Below are positions 18,174 through 26,537 of a DNA stretch of 32,000 nt, piece by piece. The notes under the pieces are model-generated. The model was not told the origin of the DNA, did not search any database, and saw only the letters and a list, made by a program, of their open reading frames with translations. The position numbers and the translations under genes are program-made. This DNA comes from Crocosphaera subtropica ATCC 51142 (GTDB taxonomy: Bacteria > Cyanobacteriota > Cyanobacteriia > Cyanobacteriales > Microcystaceae), in contig NC_010547.1 of NCBI RefSeq assembly GCF_000017845.1, forward strand, positions 90,001 to 122,000. Direction: 5' to 3'. Positions within the stretch are counted from its first letter, which is position 1. Every line of letters starts with the position of its first letter.

Positions 18174-18204
18174 AGCTACTCCTTCGAGGGGTAGCTCTTT
18201 TTTT
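18174..18204 (+). terminator. Rho-independent terminator
   Basis: AGCTACTCC-TTCG-AGGGGTAGCT stem followed by CTTTTTTT. Confidence 0.8.
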
Positions 18205-18312
18205 CGCCCAGAACTGATGTCGAAGTTTTGGCACAAGTTAATTTTGAGGTAGTAAAAATGAAGGACCAGAATGTCATCATTGATGCTCTCCGCACTTATA
18301 GTGCGAAAAGCA

Positions 18313-18870
18313 TCAAAGTATTCGAGATCGCAAAGCGCTTGACGTTCTGGGGAGTCCACAAGTTTCAAGGTGTAAAATTACTTCCTTGAGTGTTCTAGGA
18401 GGGTTCTTTAAGCTCAATTGAAGCCTGATTAAAGCCTCCAATACACCGTCTTCGTTTTGAGATAGTAGTTCTAAAATAAAGGTATCTGGGTCAACGGGGT
18501 CTATTCCATAAGGAGTTAGCAAAGATTTTGGAAAATCGGAAAGATTGAAAGTCACTAAAAAGTCACTTCTTGACTGGATTGCTGCTGCGAGTACGTGCCT
18601 GTCATTTGGATCAGGGAGGGTAAGATTGGGAATAAGCCACTCATGTCCAGTAACGAGAGCGTCGGGCATTGCACGGAACATGAGGTCTCTTGTTCGAAGT
18701 ATGCGATTTTTGGAAAGCTCCGCTCTATCACGAAGAAGAGAGCGTACCCATTCATCGTGGATTTCAAGAGTCCATCGAGGAGAAAAGACTTTCTGAGACG
18801 CAATACGAAGAAGAAAATCCCGTAGTGCAGCAGAATAAAGCACGTTGGCATCTAAAGTGGCTATGATCAA
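18313..18870 (-). CDS. PIN-domain ribonuclease toxin (VapC-like)
   Basis: N-terminal LDANVL, central DPNDRHVLAAA, and DFLVTFNLSDF acidic residues typical of PIN. Sits 2 nt downstream of the HTH partner. Confidence 0.8.
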   Translation of the reverse strand: MIIATLDANVLYSAALRDFLLRIASQKVFSPRWTLEIHDEWVRSLLRDRAELSKNRILRTRDLMFRAMPDALVTGHEWLIPNLTLPDPNDRHVLAAAIQSRSDFLVTFNLSDFPKSLLTPYGIDPVDPDTFILELLSQNEDGVLEALIRLQLSLKNPPRTLKEVILHLETCGLPRTSSALRSRIL

Positions 18871-18872
18871 AG

Positions 18873-19337
18873 CTAGAAACCAAGTTTCATATCCTGAGTC
18901 TGTTCTGTAAGCTCATCTAAAATTGACTCCCGGCGTTGGAATTCCTTTTCTTTATAGGCTAGGACGTCTTGCACCTTGACACGACGATAGACACCAACTT
19001 TCCTAGAAGGAATTACTTCTTGGTCTAAAAGCTGGTTTAGGTAAGGTCTAGAGACACTTAGAATATTAGCTGCCTCTTGGGTTCCTATCTCTGCTTCCTG
19101 TGGAATCAGGCTTACTGTCTCTCCGTGACTAATAAGTCCAAGTACCTCAACAATGAATTGAAATACCGAACTAGGTAAGGTTATTTCCACACCAGGGTTT
19201 TTTGGGTCAGTAAGCGTAAAAGTAAGAGAATGCGGAGGTTCGTCGCTGATTTTAGACAGACTTTCAATAGCGTCTGAAGCAGACTTTATTTCTTCAGGTG
19301 TTGGGCTAAAAAGCTGTAATGATTGACGATTGGCCAT
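18873..19337 (-). CDS. Excisionase/MerR-type HTH antitoxin partner of the PIN toxin
   Basis: TQEAANILSVSRPYLNQLLDQEVIPSRKVGVYRRVKVQDVLAY is an HTH_17-like motif. The internal ATG at 19337 (MANRQSL) is preferred over the track start at 19436. Confidence 0.75.
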   Translation of the reverse strand: MANRQSLQLFSPTPEEIKSASDAIESLSKISDEPPHSLTFTLTDPKNPGVEITLPSSVFQFIVEVLGLISHGETVSLIPQEAEIGTQEAANILSVSRPYLNQLLDQEVIPSRKVGVYRRVKVQDVLAYKEKEFQRRESILDELTEQTQDMKLGF

Positions 19338-19439
19338 AAATATTCCCACTATATGTTTTTCCCCTTTTCCTAGTATATCACTTAGACGAAACACACGCAA
19401 CGGAAGAAATAGCCGAAATGAAGTTATTGGATACAATAC

Positions 19440-19447
19440 GCTAGCGC
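19440..19447 (+). promoter_or_regulatory. GCTAGCGC island motif, copy 3
   Basis: 31 nt before the ATG at 19479; TACAAT lies immediately upstream. Confidence 0.6.
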
Positions 19448-19478
19448 ATTTTTACTTGATATAACAGTCAGAATTAAA

Positions 19479-19688
19479 ATGCGTTATTCATCAAAATTTC
19501 TCAAAAAAGACCATATCGAATTAGCCGGGGTTGACCAACCTCACATTTCAGACTGGCTAATCCAAGAAGTCCGCACCGAAATTAAAGCAAAACTAAAGAA
19601 AACTTCAGTGACCAGCGAAGACAAATTCCAAGAAATTGTCACGGCAACGGTAGCAGAAATAATGCCCTTATGGGTCTACAACGACTAG
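19479..19688 (+). CDS. Hypothetical protein (69 aa)
   Basis: ORF at the canonical distance from the motif. Confidence 0.5.
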   Translation: MRYSSKFLKKDHIELAGVDQPHISDWLIQEVRTEIKAKLKKTSVTSEDKFQEIVTATVAEIMPLWVYND

Positions 19689-19695
19689 GTAAACA

Positions 19696-19703
19696 GCTAG
19701 CGC
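19696..19703 (+). promoter_or_regulatory. GCTAGCGC island motif, copy 4
   Basis: 32 nt before the ATG at 19736. Confidence 0.6.
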
Positions 19704-19735
19704 AAATCATTACAGAAATTAACTTAATATCGACT

Positions 19736-20047
19736 ATGAAACGAATTCTTGAATTTATTTTCTTTCTGTGGATTGGTGCTAATCAAGTGGCTTCTCAAAT
19801 TGATTCTATTAGTCGTTTAATGGTCGAGTATGGCTTCAACTACTCAGATTGGTGTGAGGTTAAAAGTCATATAAAAGAACGAAATCTTATCGACGCGATT
19901 GTAACCTTGCCTCATTCGGATTCATCAAAGCTCTATGATAACAGGGCGCAAATCACACTGTCATTAAGCCAAAGCTATCCAGAATTTCAGTTTACTCTTA
20001 CTTTTCCAACGAAAGTAGCTCGCCTTAGATTAAAACGAAAAAACTAG
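19736..20047 (+). CDS. Hypothetical protein (103 aa), N-terminal hydrophobic segment
   Basis: Start re-set to the internal ATG at 19736 (MKRILEFIFFLWIG) using the motif-to-ATG spacing. The track start at 19670 overlaps the motif. Confidence 0.55.
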   Translation: MKRILEFIFFLWIGANQVASQIDSISRLMVEYGFNYSDWCEVKSHIKERNLIDAIVTLPHSDSSKLYDNRAQITLSLSQSYPEFQFTLTFPTKVARLRLKRKN

Positions 20048-20058
20048 CCAGTAACGTA

Positions 20059-20083
20059 AGCACCTACAAGGTGCTATTTTTTT
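20059..20083 (+). terminator. Rho-independent terminator
   Basis: AGCACC-TACAA-GGTGCT followed by ATTTTTTT. Confidence 0.75.
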
Positions 20084-20107
20084 GCTACAGTCGAAATAAA
20101 CACTACC

Positions 20108-20683
20108 ATGGACGATCGCCTAATCCTAGAAATAAACGAAGACAATGCCAACGTTAACATTACAGAAAGTTACGCAGCAGCCTACATCAATGTGAATCGA
20201 CATACCATACGACTGAATCTCTCTACTGCTGATTTTGAAGTAGGGGCTATTGTCAGACAGGCTGGCCTCAATTCAACAATTATCGGGAGTTCAAAGATCG
20301 ATTTCTTCTTAGCAGATAGTGGGGCTTTACTCGTCGGGAATGGCGGCGATGACAATTTGCAAGTAGCGGGGAATGGAGCCGAAAATTGCATCATTCTCGG
20401 TGGAACGGGGAACGACACCATCAAAGCACTCTCCACAGCAAAAACGACTGTGCCTTCCTGTGTTCTTAGCGGGGGTGAAGGCAGTGATACTTTTTTCGCA
20501 GTTGGCATGAAAATATTGGTGACGGATTTCGAGAAAGGCGATCGCATTTCCATTGGAGACCCTAACGTAAAGCAATTTATCAGCGACCAGGGCTTAGTAA
20601 TCAAGACTGAAAAAACTGAGGCTTTAATTCTAGACAGATTCGAGCCTATTCCTTTCGTAGAGGGTAATTATTTAGGTTTCTAG
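20108..20683 (+). CDS. RTX-like (GGxGxD repeat) calcium-binding-type protein, paralog 1
   Basis: GNGGDDNLQ, GGTGNDTIK and GGEGSDTFF nonapeptide-like repeats. The C-terminal LVTDFEKGD block is shared with the next gene. Confidence 0.65.
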   Translation: MDDRLILEINEDNANVNITESYAAAYINVNRHTIRLNLSTADFEVGAIVRQAGLNSTIIGSSKIDFFLADSGALLVGNGGDDNLQVAGNGAENCIILGGTGNDTIKALSTAKTTVPSCVLSGGEGSDTFFAVGMKILVTDFEKGDRISIGDPNVKQFISDQGLVIKTEKTEALILDRFEPIPFVEGNYLGF

Positions 20684-20691
20684 GTTAAGAG

Positions 20692-20699
20692 GCTAGCGC
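20692..20699 (+). promoter_or_regulatory. GCTAGCGC island motif, copy 5
   Basis: 47 nt before the ATG at 20747. Confidence 0.55.
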
Positions 20700-20746
20700 T
20701 ATTTGGTTTGAGAGATTCTCTCATGTAAAACAATCTACAAACCAAT

Positions 20747-21319
20747 ATGGATCTACAGATTACAACCTTACAACCTGCCGTCTTCACTCCGGTTCTCGGA
20801 ACTTGGAACACAATTACAGCCGATGCCAGAGGACTAACGAGCTACTACGATTTTGGAAACGCCGATGTTGGTATATCCACGCGAGTTCCTAACGCGGGTC
20901 GATTCTCCTACTTAGGCGGAAGTAACACCAGAGACTATCTATCGGGACAAGAGGGGTCGTGGATTCTCGGTCGTGATGGCGATGATGTCCTCACTACTTA
21001 TTCGGCACCTGATGATAGTCCGATTCGTTCTGCCTTATACGGTGGAGATGGCACCGACCAACTTACTACACTATTTACCGATGCTGTTTTCACTGGTGGT
21101 ACTGGACAAGACCAGTTCAGAGTCTTCAACGCCGATGTTGTAATCACTGACTTCACCGATAACGAAGATAGCCTCTGGGTATTGGGTAGTAACCAAGTAT
21201 CACAGATTCAAACTGATTTCGGGCTAATACTAGATAATGGAGCTTCCCAGATTCAACTCTTAGGAGTTACTAATTACTTGAACCAAGTTCAAAGCGGAGG
21301 AACCTCTGTATTTGTCTAA
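20747..21319 (+). CDS. RTX-like (GGxGxD repeat) calcium-binding-type protein, paralog 2
   Basis: GRDGDDVLT, GGDGTDQLT and GGTGQDQFR repeats, plus the VITDFTDNED block. Confidence 0.65.
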   Translation: MDLQITTLQPAVFTPVLGTWNTITADARGLTSYYDFGNADVGISTRVPNAGRFSYLGGSNTRDYLSGQEGSWILGRDGDDVLTTYSAPDDSPIRSALYGGDGTDQLTTLFTDAVFTGGTGQDQFRVFNADVVITDFTDNEDSLWVLGSNQVSQIQTDFGLILDNGASQIQLLGVTNYLNQVQSGGTSVFV

Positions 21320-21409
21320 GATAGCTTAGCTACCAGAGGCTTTTACCTGAGAAGGTTAGAGCCTCTGTCTTTAGAGAATAAACTACAAGCAATTTGAGAA
21401 GAAAAAGTC

Positions 21410-21700
21410 ATGAACAACCAAGGCTGCTTAGTACCTGCTTTATTTATGCTTTTAGGGTTTGGCTGGCTTATTCTAAATGACTTCGCTAAAGATCAAACGG
21501 TCTTACTTGTGAGTATCAAACAGTATCCAGACCAAACCTTCACGCTATCCGAGTATTCTCTAGATCAATTAGAGGAAAAAGGTTCATTAAAGATTAAGTG
21601 TGGCAAAACGATATTCAATGTCAAAGCCAACGAGGTATCGAAGATTAAGGGAGACTTTGAACTGACTGAAAACGAAGTAACTTCATGCGATCGCTTTTAG
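21410..21700 (+). CDS. Hypothetical membrane-anchored or secreted small protein
   Basis: N-terminal hydrophobic segment LVPALFMLLGFGWLIL. Confidence 0.5.
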   Translation: MNNQGCLVPALFMLLGFGWLILNDFAKDQTVLLVSIKQYPDQTFTLSEYSLDQLEEKGSLKIKCGKTIFNVKANEVSKIKGDFELTENEVTSCDRF

Positions 21701-21719
21701 AATAAAAGGAGACAATTTG

Positions 21720-21923
21720 ATGCCTCACGACTTATGGGAAAGCAAAGACTGGCAAAATGCTTCAATTGAAGCAGTTATCGCCGCTTTCTTCGACCCCCCT
21801 GCGTTTATTGATCCATGCGATATGACACAGATAAAACGATATCACCCTAGGGCATTTTTAGAGTATCAGAAAATATTCTACCGAGGGAGCATCGCTGATT
21901 ACGCGGCTAAGCCAAAACAGTAA
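21720..21923 (+). CDS. Hypothetical protein (67 aa)
   Basis: ATG at 21720 is preceded by SD AAAGGAG and tightly follows the previous gene. Confidence 0.5.
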   Translation: MPHDLWESKDWQNASIEAVIAAFFDPPAFIDPCDMTQIKRYHPRAFLEYQKIFYRGSIADYAAKPKQ

Positions 21924-21962
21924 ACAGCGAGGGACAGGCTACAGCTTGTCCTTTTTATTTTG

Positions 21963-21986
21963 AGTCTACGATTCGTAGACTTTTTT
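21963..21986 (+). terminator. Rho-independent terminator (second of two tandem hairpins; the first is at about 21931-21958)
   Basis: GTCTACG-ATT-CGTAGAC followed by TTTTTT. Confidence 0.75.
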
Positions 21987-22020
21987 CCTGATTAATTACT
22001 ACGACGAAAATGGGCTTAGT

Positions 22021-22028
22021 GCTAGCGC
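22021..22028 (+). promoter_or_regulatory. GCTAGCGC island motif, copy 6
   Basis: 31 nt before the ATG at 22060. Confidence 0.6.
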
Positions 22029-22059
22029 AATTAGGCTTAGCAAATATAAAGGATTGACG

Positions 22060-22569
22060 ATGATTATTGTAGTTTTAAGACCACTAGGACTTATAGACTC
22101 ATTCTTAGAAATATTCTCAGAAAAATACGAGGTATTTCTTGGGGACTTAGCACCTTTACTGGTTGAAGAAGTTGAAGAAACCGTCAAAGAGCAGCACCTG
22201 GAGACTTTCTTAGAAGAGATAGTCAACTTTTGCAAAGGAAACCAAGAACATAATCGTTTCGTTCGGGATCTTTACTGGGTAAATAAGAGGCTAAAACTTC
22301 GCCGCGGAGATATAATTCAACTTGATAATAGAGTTTCTGAAATTACACGACAGGGGATTGAAGAACTCGACAAAGAGCCGTTAATCCACGTAGCTCACAC
22401 CATATTACCGCCCGATGCAAACGAAGCAGAAGCAAGAGAAGACTTCCAAACATTAAGTCACGAATGGGTACAAGATGAAGTATTAGAGACAGTCCAACTA
22501 GGATGGCACTATATAGAAACTTGTATCAAGGCAGGAAGCCACTACCACAGACTTAGAACCTTCAAATAG
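22060..22569 (+). CDS. Hypothetical acidic protein (169 aa)
   Basis: ATG at 22060 is preceded by SD AAGGA. The track TTG at 22054 is less likely. Confidence 0.55.
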   Translation: MIIVVLRPLGLIDSFLEIFSEKYEVFLGDLAPLLVEEVEETVKEQHLETFLEEIVNFCKGNQEHNRFVRDLYWVNKRLKLRRGDIIQLDNRVSEITRQGIEELDKEPLIHVAHTILPPDANEAEAREDFQTLSHEWVQDEVLETVQLGWHYIETCIKAGSHYHRLRTFK

Positions 22570-22577
22570 TCATTAAA

Positions 22578-22609
22578 AACCGAGTAATATTCTCGGTCTC
22601 TTTTTTTTT
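22578..22609 (+). terminator. Rho-independent terminator
   Basis: ACCGAG-TAATATT-CTCGGT followed by CTCTTTTTTTTT. Confidence 0.8.
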
Positions 22610-22638
22610 CTACACATTAAAACTAACTTGCTTCTTGT

Positions 22639-22646
22639 GCTAGCGC
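22639..22646 (+). promoter_or_regulatory. GCTAGCGC island motif, copy 7
   Basis: 34 nt before the ATG at 22681; SD AAGGAG lies between them. Confidence 0.6.
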
Positions 22647-22680
22647 GTCACCATAGCAAACCTTTAAGGAGCAATTACTT

Positions 22681-23043
22681 ATGCCAACAATTAGCCTAGA
22701 AAACTTCATCATTATTTCTCTTGCAGATACGGCAAGACGTGCGGGATTCGGAGATATGCCGGCGACCACAGACTATGAAAAAAAGAAAATATCACTTCAA
22801 GAGCGTATTATTCTAAAACGTTTACTTGATATGGTCAAAGATCGAAATCCTAGTAAAAACGTAGAAATTAATGAATTGTACCTCTCTCCACAATTTACGA
22901 TGCTGATTCTTGACTCCGTAAATCAGGTAGAAGGTTATAGCAACGATGTTTATCCTTGCCAGCATCTTGTTGAGTGCGAGAATCGACTGACTTTTCGGGG
23001 AAATATACAGGATATATATGATCAGGTTATCAACCATCTATAA
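22681..23043 (+). CDS. Hypothetical protein (120 aa)
   Basis: Clean ORF with a strong SD. Confidence 0.55.
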   Translation: MPTISLENFIIISLADTARRAGFGDMPATTDYEKKKISLQERIILKRLLDMVKDRNPSKNVEINELYLSPQFTMLILDSVNQVEGYSNDVYPCQHLVECENRLTFRGNIQDIYDQVINHL

Positions 23044-23068
23044 TCCTTATTGTACCTGGGTTTTCACT

Positions 23069-23118
23069 ATCCGCAGCAACTCCCATTTTGGTTATAGTTT
23101 ATGGACTCTGCTGCGGAT
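23069..23118. promoter_or_regulatory. IR-N30 element E1: ATCCGCAGCA-N30-TGCTGCGGAT with TATAGT at spacer positions 15-20
   Basis: 10-bp perfect inverted arms. Upstream of the 23247 gene and nrdB, which have no terminator between them. Confidence 0.6.
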
Positions 23119-23191
23119 CGCATACTAGCATTTTCTCCTCCGACATTTACCATAATGTACTTAAGTCTTCTAGTTTGGTAACAGTATCTAT

Positions 23192-23199
23192 CGCTAGCG
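23192..23199 (+). promoter_or_regulatory. GCTAGCGC island motif, copy 8
   Basis: 47 nt before the ATG at 23247. Confidence 0.55.
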
Positions 23200-23246
23200 C
23201 TCGTTAGGGGGAATAAATTGCCAAACGAGTAAAGGACTTTAAACAA

Positions 23247-23663
23247 ATGCCTAGAGAAGTTATCCATGACGTAGACCGCCCCGACATCAACGGTGTCAAG
23301 CCCAAGATGCAAGCGATCGCAGATAGTCTTCGTGAATCGCTGCCACCTCTGCCGTTTTCTTCTTTGAAATGCGATGACAACTTAATGTCATCAATTCATC
23401 TGAAAGCTAGTTTCAATGACCGAGCCGAGTGGTCACATGGGATTTTCGAGAACTCGCTGTACTTCATGGTTAGTATCCATCCCCAAAAAGGGAAACGGTA
23501 CTACCAAGAAGGTGAAAAGATCAGCATCGAAATCAACAACAAATCGTACAAAATTCCCACAAAGTTTAGAAAATACACGGGAACCCCGGAGAAGGCGATC
23601 GCCAAGATCGTCGAGTGGATTGAAAAAGCAAAGTCCGAATTAGAACAAAAGAACCAAGGCTAA
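23247..23663 (+). CDS. Hypothetical protein (138 aa), probably co-transcribed with nrdB
   Basis: Clean ORF. Neither a terminator nor the motif lies before nrdB, 48 nt downstream. Confidence 0.55.
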   Translation: MPREVIHDVDRPDINGVKPKMQAIADSLRESLPPLPFSSLKCDDNLMSSIHLKASFNDRAEWSHGIFENSLYFMVSIHPQKGKRYYQEGEKISIEINNKSYKIPTKFRKYTGTPEKAIAKIVEWIEKAKSELEQKNQG

Positions 23664-23711
23664 CACTTCTCAGAAAAAGTAAATTCACTGTACAAGTTAT
23701 CAGGAGCAACA

Positions 23712-24755
23712 ATGACCTTCACCGAAATAAAACCTAGTCCAATCTTCAACCCTACCGGAAAGGACAACAAAGAAAAGAGACACCTCTGGGGCGGTGATAC
23801 CACCAACGTTATCAACTTAAACGAAACCCGATACGGATGGGCACGAACAATTTACCAAACCATGAGGGAGGGGTACTGGATACCCCAGCGAACCGACCTG
23901 TCTCAAGACAAGCTTGACTACGTCAACCTGATTCCAGGTGAACGTAGAGCGTTGAAGGGCATCCTGAGTTATCTCAACTTCCTAGACTCGGTACAAGTCG
24001 CCAATATTCCCGAACTTAGTCGGTATATCACAGCGCCAGAAGCCAGGATGTGCCTTGCCGAGCAAACATCGCAAGAAGCGATGCACGGGGAGACTTATCA
24101 GTACATTACTGAGAGCATAATCCCAGAGAATGAACAACACGAAGTCTATGACTTCTGGAAAAAGGATCTTCTACTTAATGAACGCTGCGAGTTCATCGCA
24201 AGTTACTATCAAACACTTGCTGATAACCCTTGTGGCGAAACTTACTTCATGGCCCTAATTGGAGACTATCTCTTAGAAGGATTGCTATTTTATCAGGGGT
24301 TCTTGTTCTTCTACAACCTCGCCTCTAGCCAGAGGCTTGCGGGCTGTGCCAAGCTCATCAAACAAATCAACATGGATGAATTGACCCATGTGAGTCTGTA
24401 CCAAAAGCTTATCACAGAAGCTAAGACCAAGTTCTCTTACTCTGAGGATGAAATCACAGAGTTGTTCGTCAACACGGTTGAGAAGGAAATCGAGTGGACG
24501 AACCACATCTTTGATGGGCAAATCTTAGGTGTTAGCGAAGCGAGTACCGAAGCTTATACCAAGTACCTAGCCAACTTACGCCTGAAGGCAATCGGCATTT
24601 CTGCCATTTACCCCGAAGTAGAGAATCCTTATGCTCATTTAGACTGGGCTGACTTCAAAGGAATCGGGAAATCAAAGGCTGCTTTCTTTGAAACAGAGGT
24701 CACAGGTTACGCCCAACCTACTGCCGTAAAAGGATGGGAGAAACTCAGAGTCTGA
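23712..24755 (+). CDS. nrdB: Class Ia ribonucleotide reductase beta (R2) subunit
   Basis: Di-iron/tyrosyl signature EAMHGETYQY (His then Tyr at +4), EGLLFYQGF and MDELTHV ligand motifs. 347 aa. Confidence 0.9.
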   Translation: MTFTEIKPSPIFNPTGKDNKEKRHLWGGDTTNVINLNETRYGWARTIYQTMREGYWIPQRTDLSQDKLDYVNLIPGERRALKGILSYLNFLDSVQVANIPELSRYITAPEARMCLAEQTSQEAMHGETYQYITESIIPENEQHEVYDFWKKDLLLNERCEFIASYYQTLADNPCGETYFMALIGDYLLEGLLFYQGFLFFYNLASSQRLAGCAKLIKQINMDELTHVSLYQKLITEAKTKFSYSEDEITELFVNTVEKEIEWTNHIFDGQILGVSEASTEAYTKYLANLRLKAIGISAIYPEVENPYAHLDWADFKGIGKSKAAFFETEVTGYAQPTAVKGWEKLRV

Positions 24756-24769
24756 CTGGCTTAGAGGCT

Positions 24770-24817
24770 TCCGCAGCAAGTTCAATATTTCTTATAGAAA
24801 ATGGACTTTGCTGCGGA
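24770..24817. promoter_or_regulatory. IR-N30 element E2: TCCGCAGCAA...TTGCTGCGGA with TATAGA at spacer positions 15-20
   Basis: Starts 15 nt after the nrdB stop. Followed by a degenerate motif, ACTAGCGT, at 24829-24836. Confidence 0.55.
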
Positions 24818-25090
24818 TCTAATCGTGAACTAGCGTTTACTACAGGGACATTAAGCTTCGATAAAATTATTAGCAGCTATCCCTGTACGAGGTATCATAG
24901 ACTATCATGCGCGTTTTGCGTCTTGAGAGATCTCAACGACCTGACCAACTCAACTCCTTACGATGAGGGTGTTTACCAAGAGTTAGTGGCATTTAAGAAA
25001 GTCTCTGGCTGGAGCTTCCAGCAAGGGCGATCGCTTTCCTCACTCCGCTGGCGCTTGTTTTTGAAACGGTTTTAAGGAGACTAAGAAAAT

Positions 25091-25597
25091 ATGAAAATAG
25101 CTACAGGACTATTTGGGTATTTTGGCGCAGTCGCATTGTCCTTTGGGACGATATTACCAGGACTAGGCATCATCACCACTATCTTAGTGGCAATATGTCA
25201 ATTACCTTTTGGGATTGTCACTACCATAGAATTTGGGTTTCTTTTCCCACTTCTTGGGTTAATGGCAATCGCCTATCTATTCATGGGGCGGCTCTTATAC
25301 TTCCTTGGATTAGCGACTGCTGCAATGGGGTCTATCCTAGGAATTTACTATTTGTCTTTAGACAAAACATTGGACGAGTGGTTACTGAATGCACCTCTCC
25401 AACCCCTTGACCAACTTCACCCTTTGGAGGGTTTGCTAATGCAGGAGTTGGTGGTGGGAAGCGATAACACGGCTATGAGGATCGGGATTCACTTCCTAGT
25501 TGCCACGTTCTCCTGGATAGGAATTGGCTTATCGTCTCTGTTGATGGCGATATTTCTTGAAGAGGTAAACTCTTTAATGGGGTGGGAAAAGAACTGA
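25091..25597 (+). CDS. Hypothetical polytopic membrane protein (168 aa)
   Basis: 4-5 hydrophobic helices; SD AAGGAG 8 nt upstream. Confidence 0.6.
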   Translation: MKIATGLFGYFGAVALSFGTILPGLGIITTILVAICQLPFGIVTTIEFGFLFPLLGLMAIAYLFMGRLLYFLGLATAAMGSILGIYYLSLDKTLDEWLLNAPLQPLDQLHPLEGLLMQELVVGSDNTAMRIGIHFLVATFSWIGIGLSSLLMAIFLEEVNSLMGWEKN

Positions 25598-25723
25598 GCA
25601 TATTATTCTATTCCATGCAGGGATAGGAGATTCGGTAATGGTCTTGGGAACTCTCCTATGAATTGCAAGGGCATTGTTTCCCGATGCTTTTCCCAAAGAG
25701 CTTTTGGTGGTAATGTCTGTTCT

Positions 25724-25871
25724 TTTATGTCGCATCATCGTCAAAATCAAAGACGAAAAACTGGCTTAGTTAAGGGCATACTGAAACAGCTTCTATCTCA
25801 GTCTGGATAAGGATTAGAGTAATCCGCAGCAGGTACTATTTTTCTTATAAATAAACGTGGTTGCTGCGGGT
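25724..25871 (+). repeat. ~145-bp leader repeat, copy A (contains IR-N30: CCGCAGCA 25824-25831 / TGCTGCGG 25862-25869, TATAAA in the spacer)
   Basis: Alignable with copies B, C and D over the whole length. Confidence 0.7.
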
Positions 25872-25888
25872 GAAAATCGGGTCAAAAA

Positions 25889-25896
25889 GCTAGCGC
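25889..25896 (+). promoter_or_regulatory. GCTAGCGC island motif, copy 9
   Basis: 32 nt before the ATG at 25929; 19 nt after the IR right arm. Confidence 0.6.
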
Positions 25897-25928
25897 ATCT
25901 GAGGATGATATTCAAAACCATAACGCAC

Positions 25929-26141
25929 ATGAGCAACTACGAAAAACTTCGAGATTTAGTCAGTGAGTGCAATCGTCTAGAGGAAAATTTCTTCGACCGT
26001 CTAATTCAAGAAGACGTACCCCTAGAACTGAAAATGATTTGGAACGAGTGGTCGGCGGCGCGAACTAAGCATAGAACCTTTCAAGGTCAAATGCTTGGGT
26101 TCAACATCCTAGACACCGAAACTCACAACGAAGTCGAATAA
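25929..26141 (+). CDS. Small hypothetical protein (70 aa; MSNYEKLRDLVSECNRLEENFFDRLIQEDVPLELKMIWNEW...)
   Basis: Start set by motif spacing. The track GTG start at 25857 lies inside the IR right arm. A decayed paralog is at 26781-26948. Confidence 0.55.
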   Translation: MSNYEKLRDLVSECNRLEENFFDRLIQEDVPLELKMIWNEWSAARTKHRTFQGQMLGFNILDTETHNEVE

Positions 26142-26164
26142 TAAAGAGATATTCTTTTAGAAAT

Positions 26165-26190
26165 GAGAAGCTATGTCTTCTCTTTTTTTT
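26165..26190 (+). terminator. Rho-independent terminator
   Basis: GAGAAG-CTATGT-CTTCTC followed by T8. An identical hairpin recurs at 26980-27003. Confidence 0.85.
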
Positions 26191-26333
26191 GTCGAATCAA
26201 GGTCGAATTTCAGCACGAAAATTCTACCGAGTTTAGGGCATTATAAACAAAGCTGTATTTCAGTCAGACTAAGGATCATAAGTATCCGCAGCAACTGCTA
26301 TTTTTCTTATAAATAAACGTGGTTGCTGCGGGC
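26191..26333 (+). repeat. ~145-bp leader repeat, copy B (IR arms 26286-26293 / 26324-26331)
   Basis: Same element. The downstream motif is degenerate (GCTAGAGC at 26396). Confidence 0.7.
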
Positions 26334-26537
26334 GGACATTTAGCGGTACTCAAGTCAATCTAGTTATCCTCCAACACGAAAACTTAATAAAGACCGCTAG
26401 AGCTTTTTCGGAGGATGTATTCTAGACAAACATCATCCCTTACCTTTGCCGATTGTAGTTTTCAGAATGCTCCGAACTGGGAACCGAAGACCAAGGGAAT
26501 GCCAAACGTAGGAGAGGTAGCTCAGAGCAGCTACTTA

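Noticed and set aside
16865-23643. Other nested or antisense ORFs in the island (16865-17209, 17345-17560, 17459-17665, 18052-18252, 18084-18368, 18545-18796, 18555-18851, 18595-18825, 20182-20604, 20327-20575, 21999-22235, 22822-23037, 23067-23312, 23416-23643)
   Set aside because: They overlap better-supported genes or span terminators and IR elements (for example, 23067-23312 runs through IR element E1 and the GCTAGCGC motif). No independent support.
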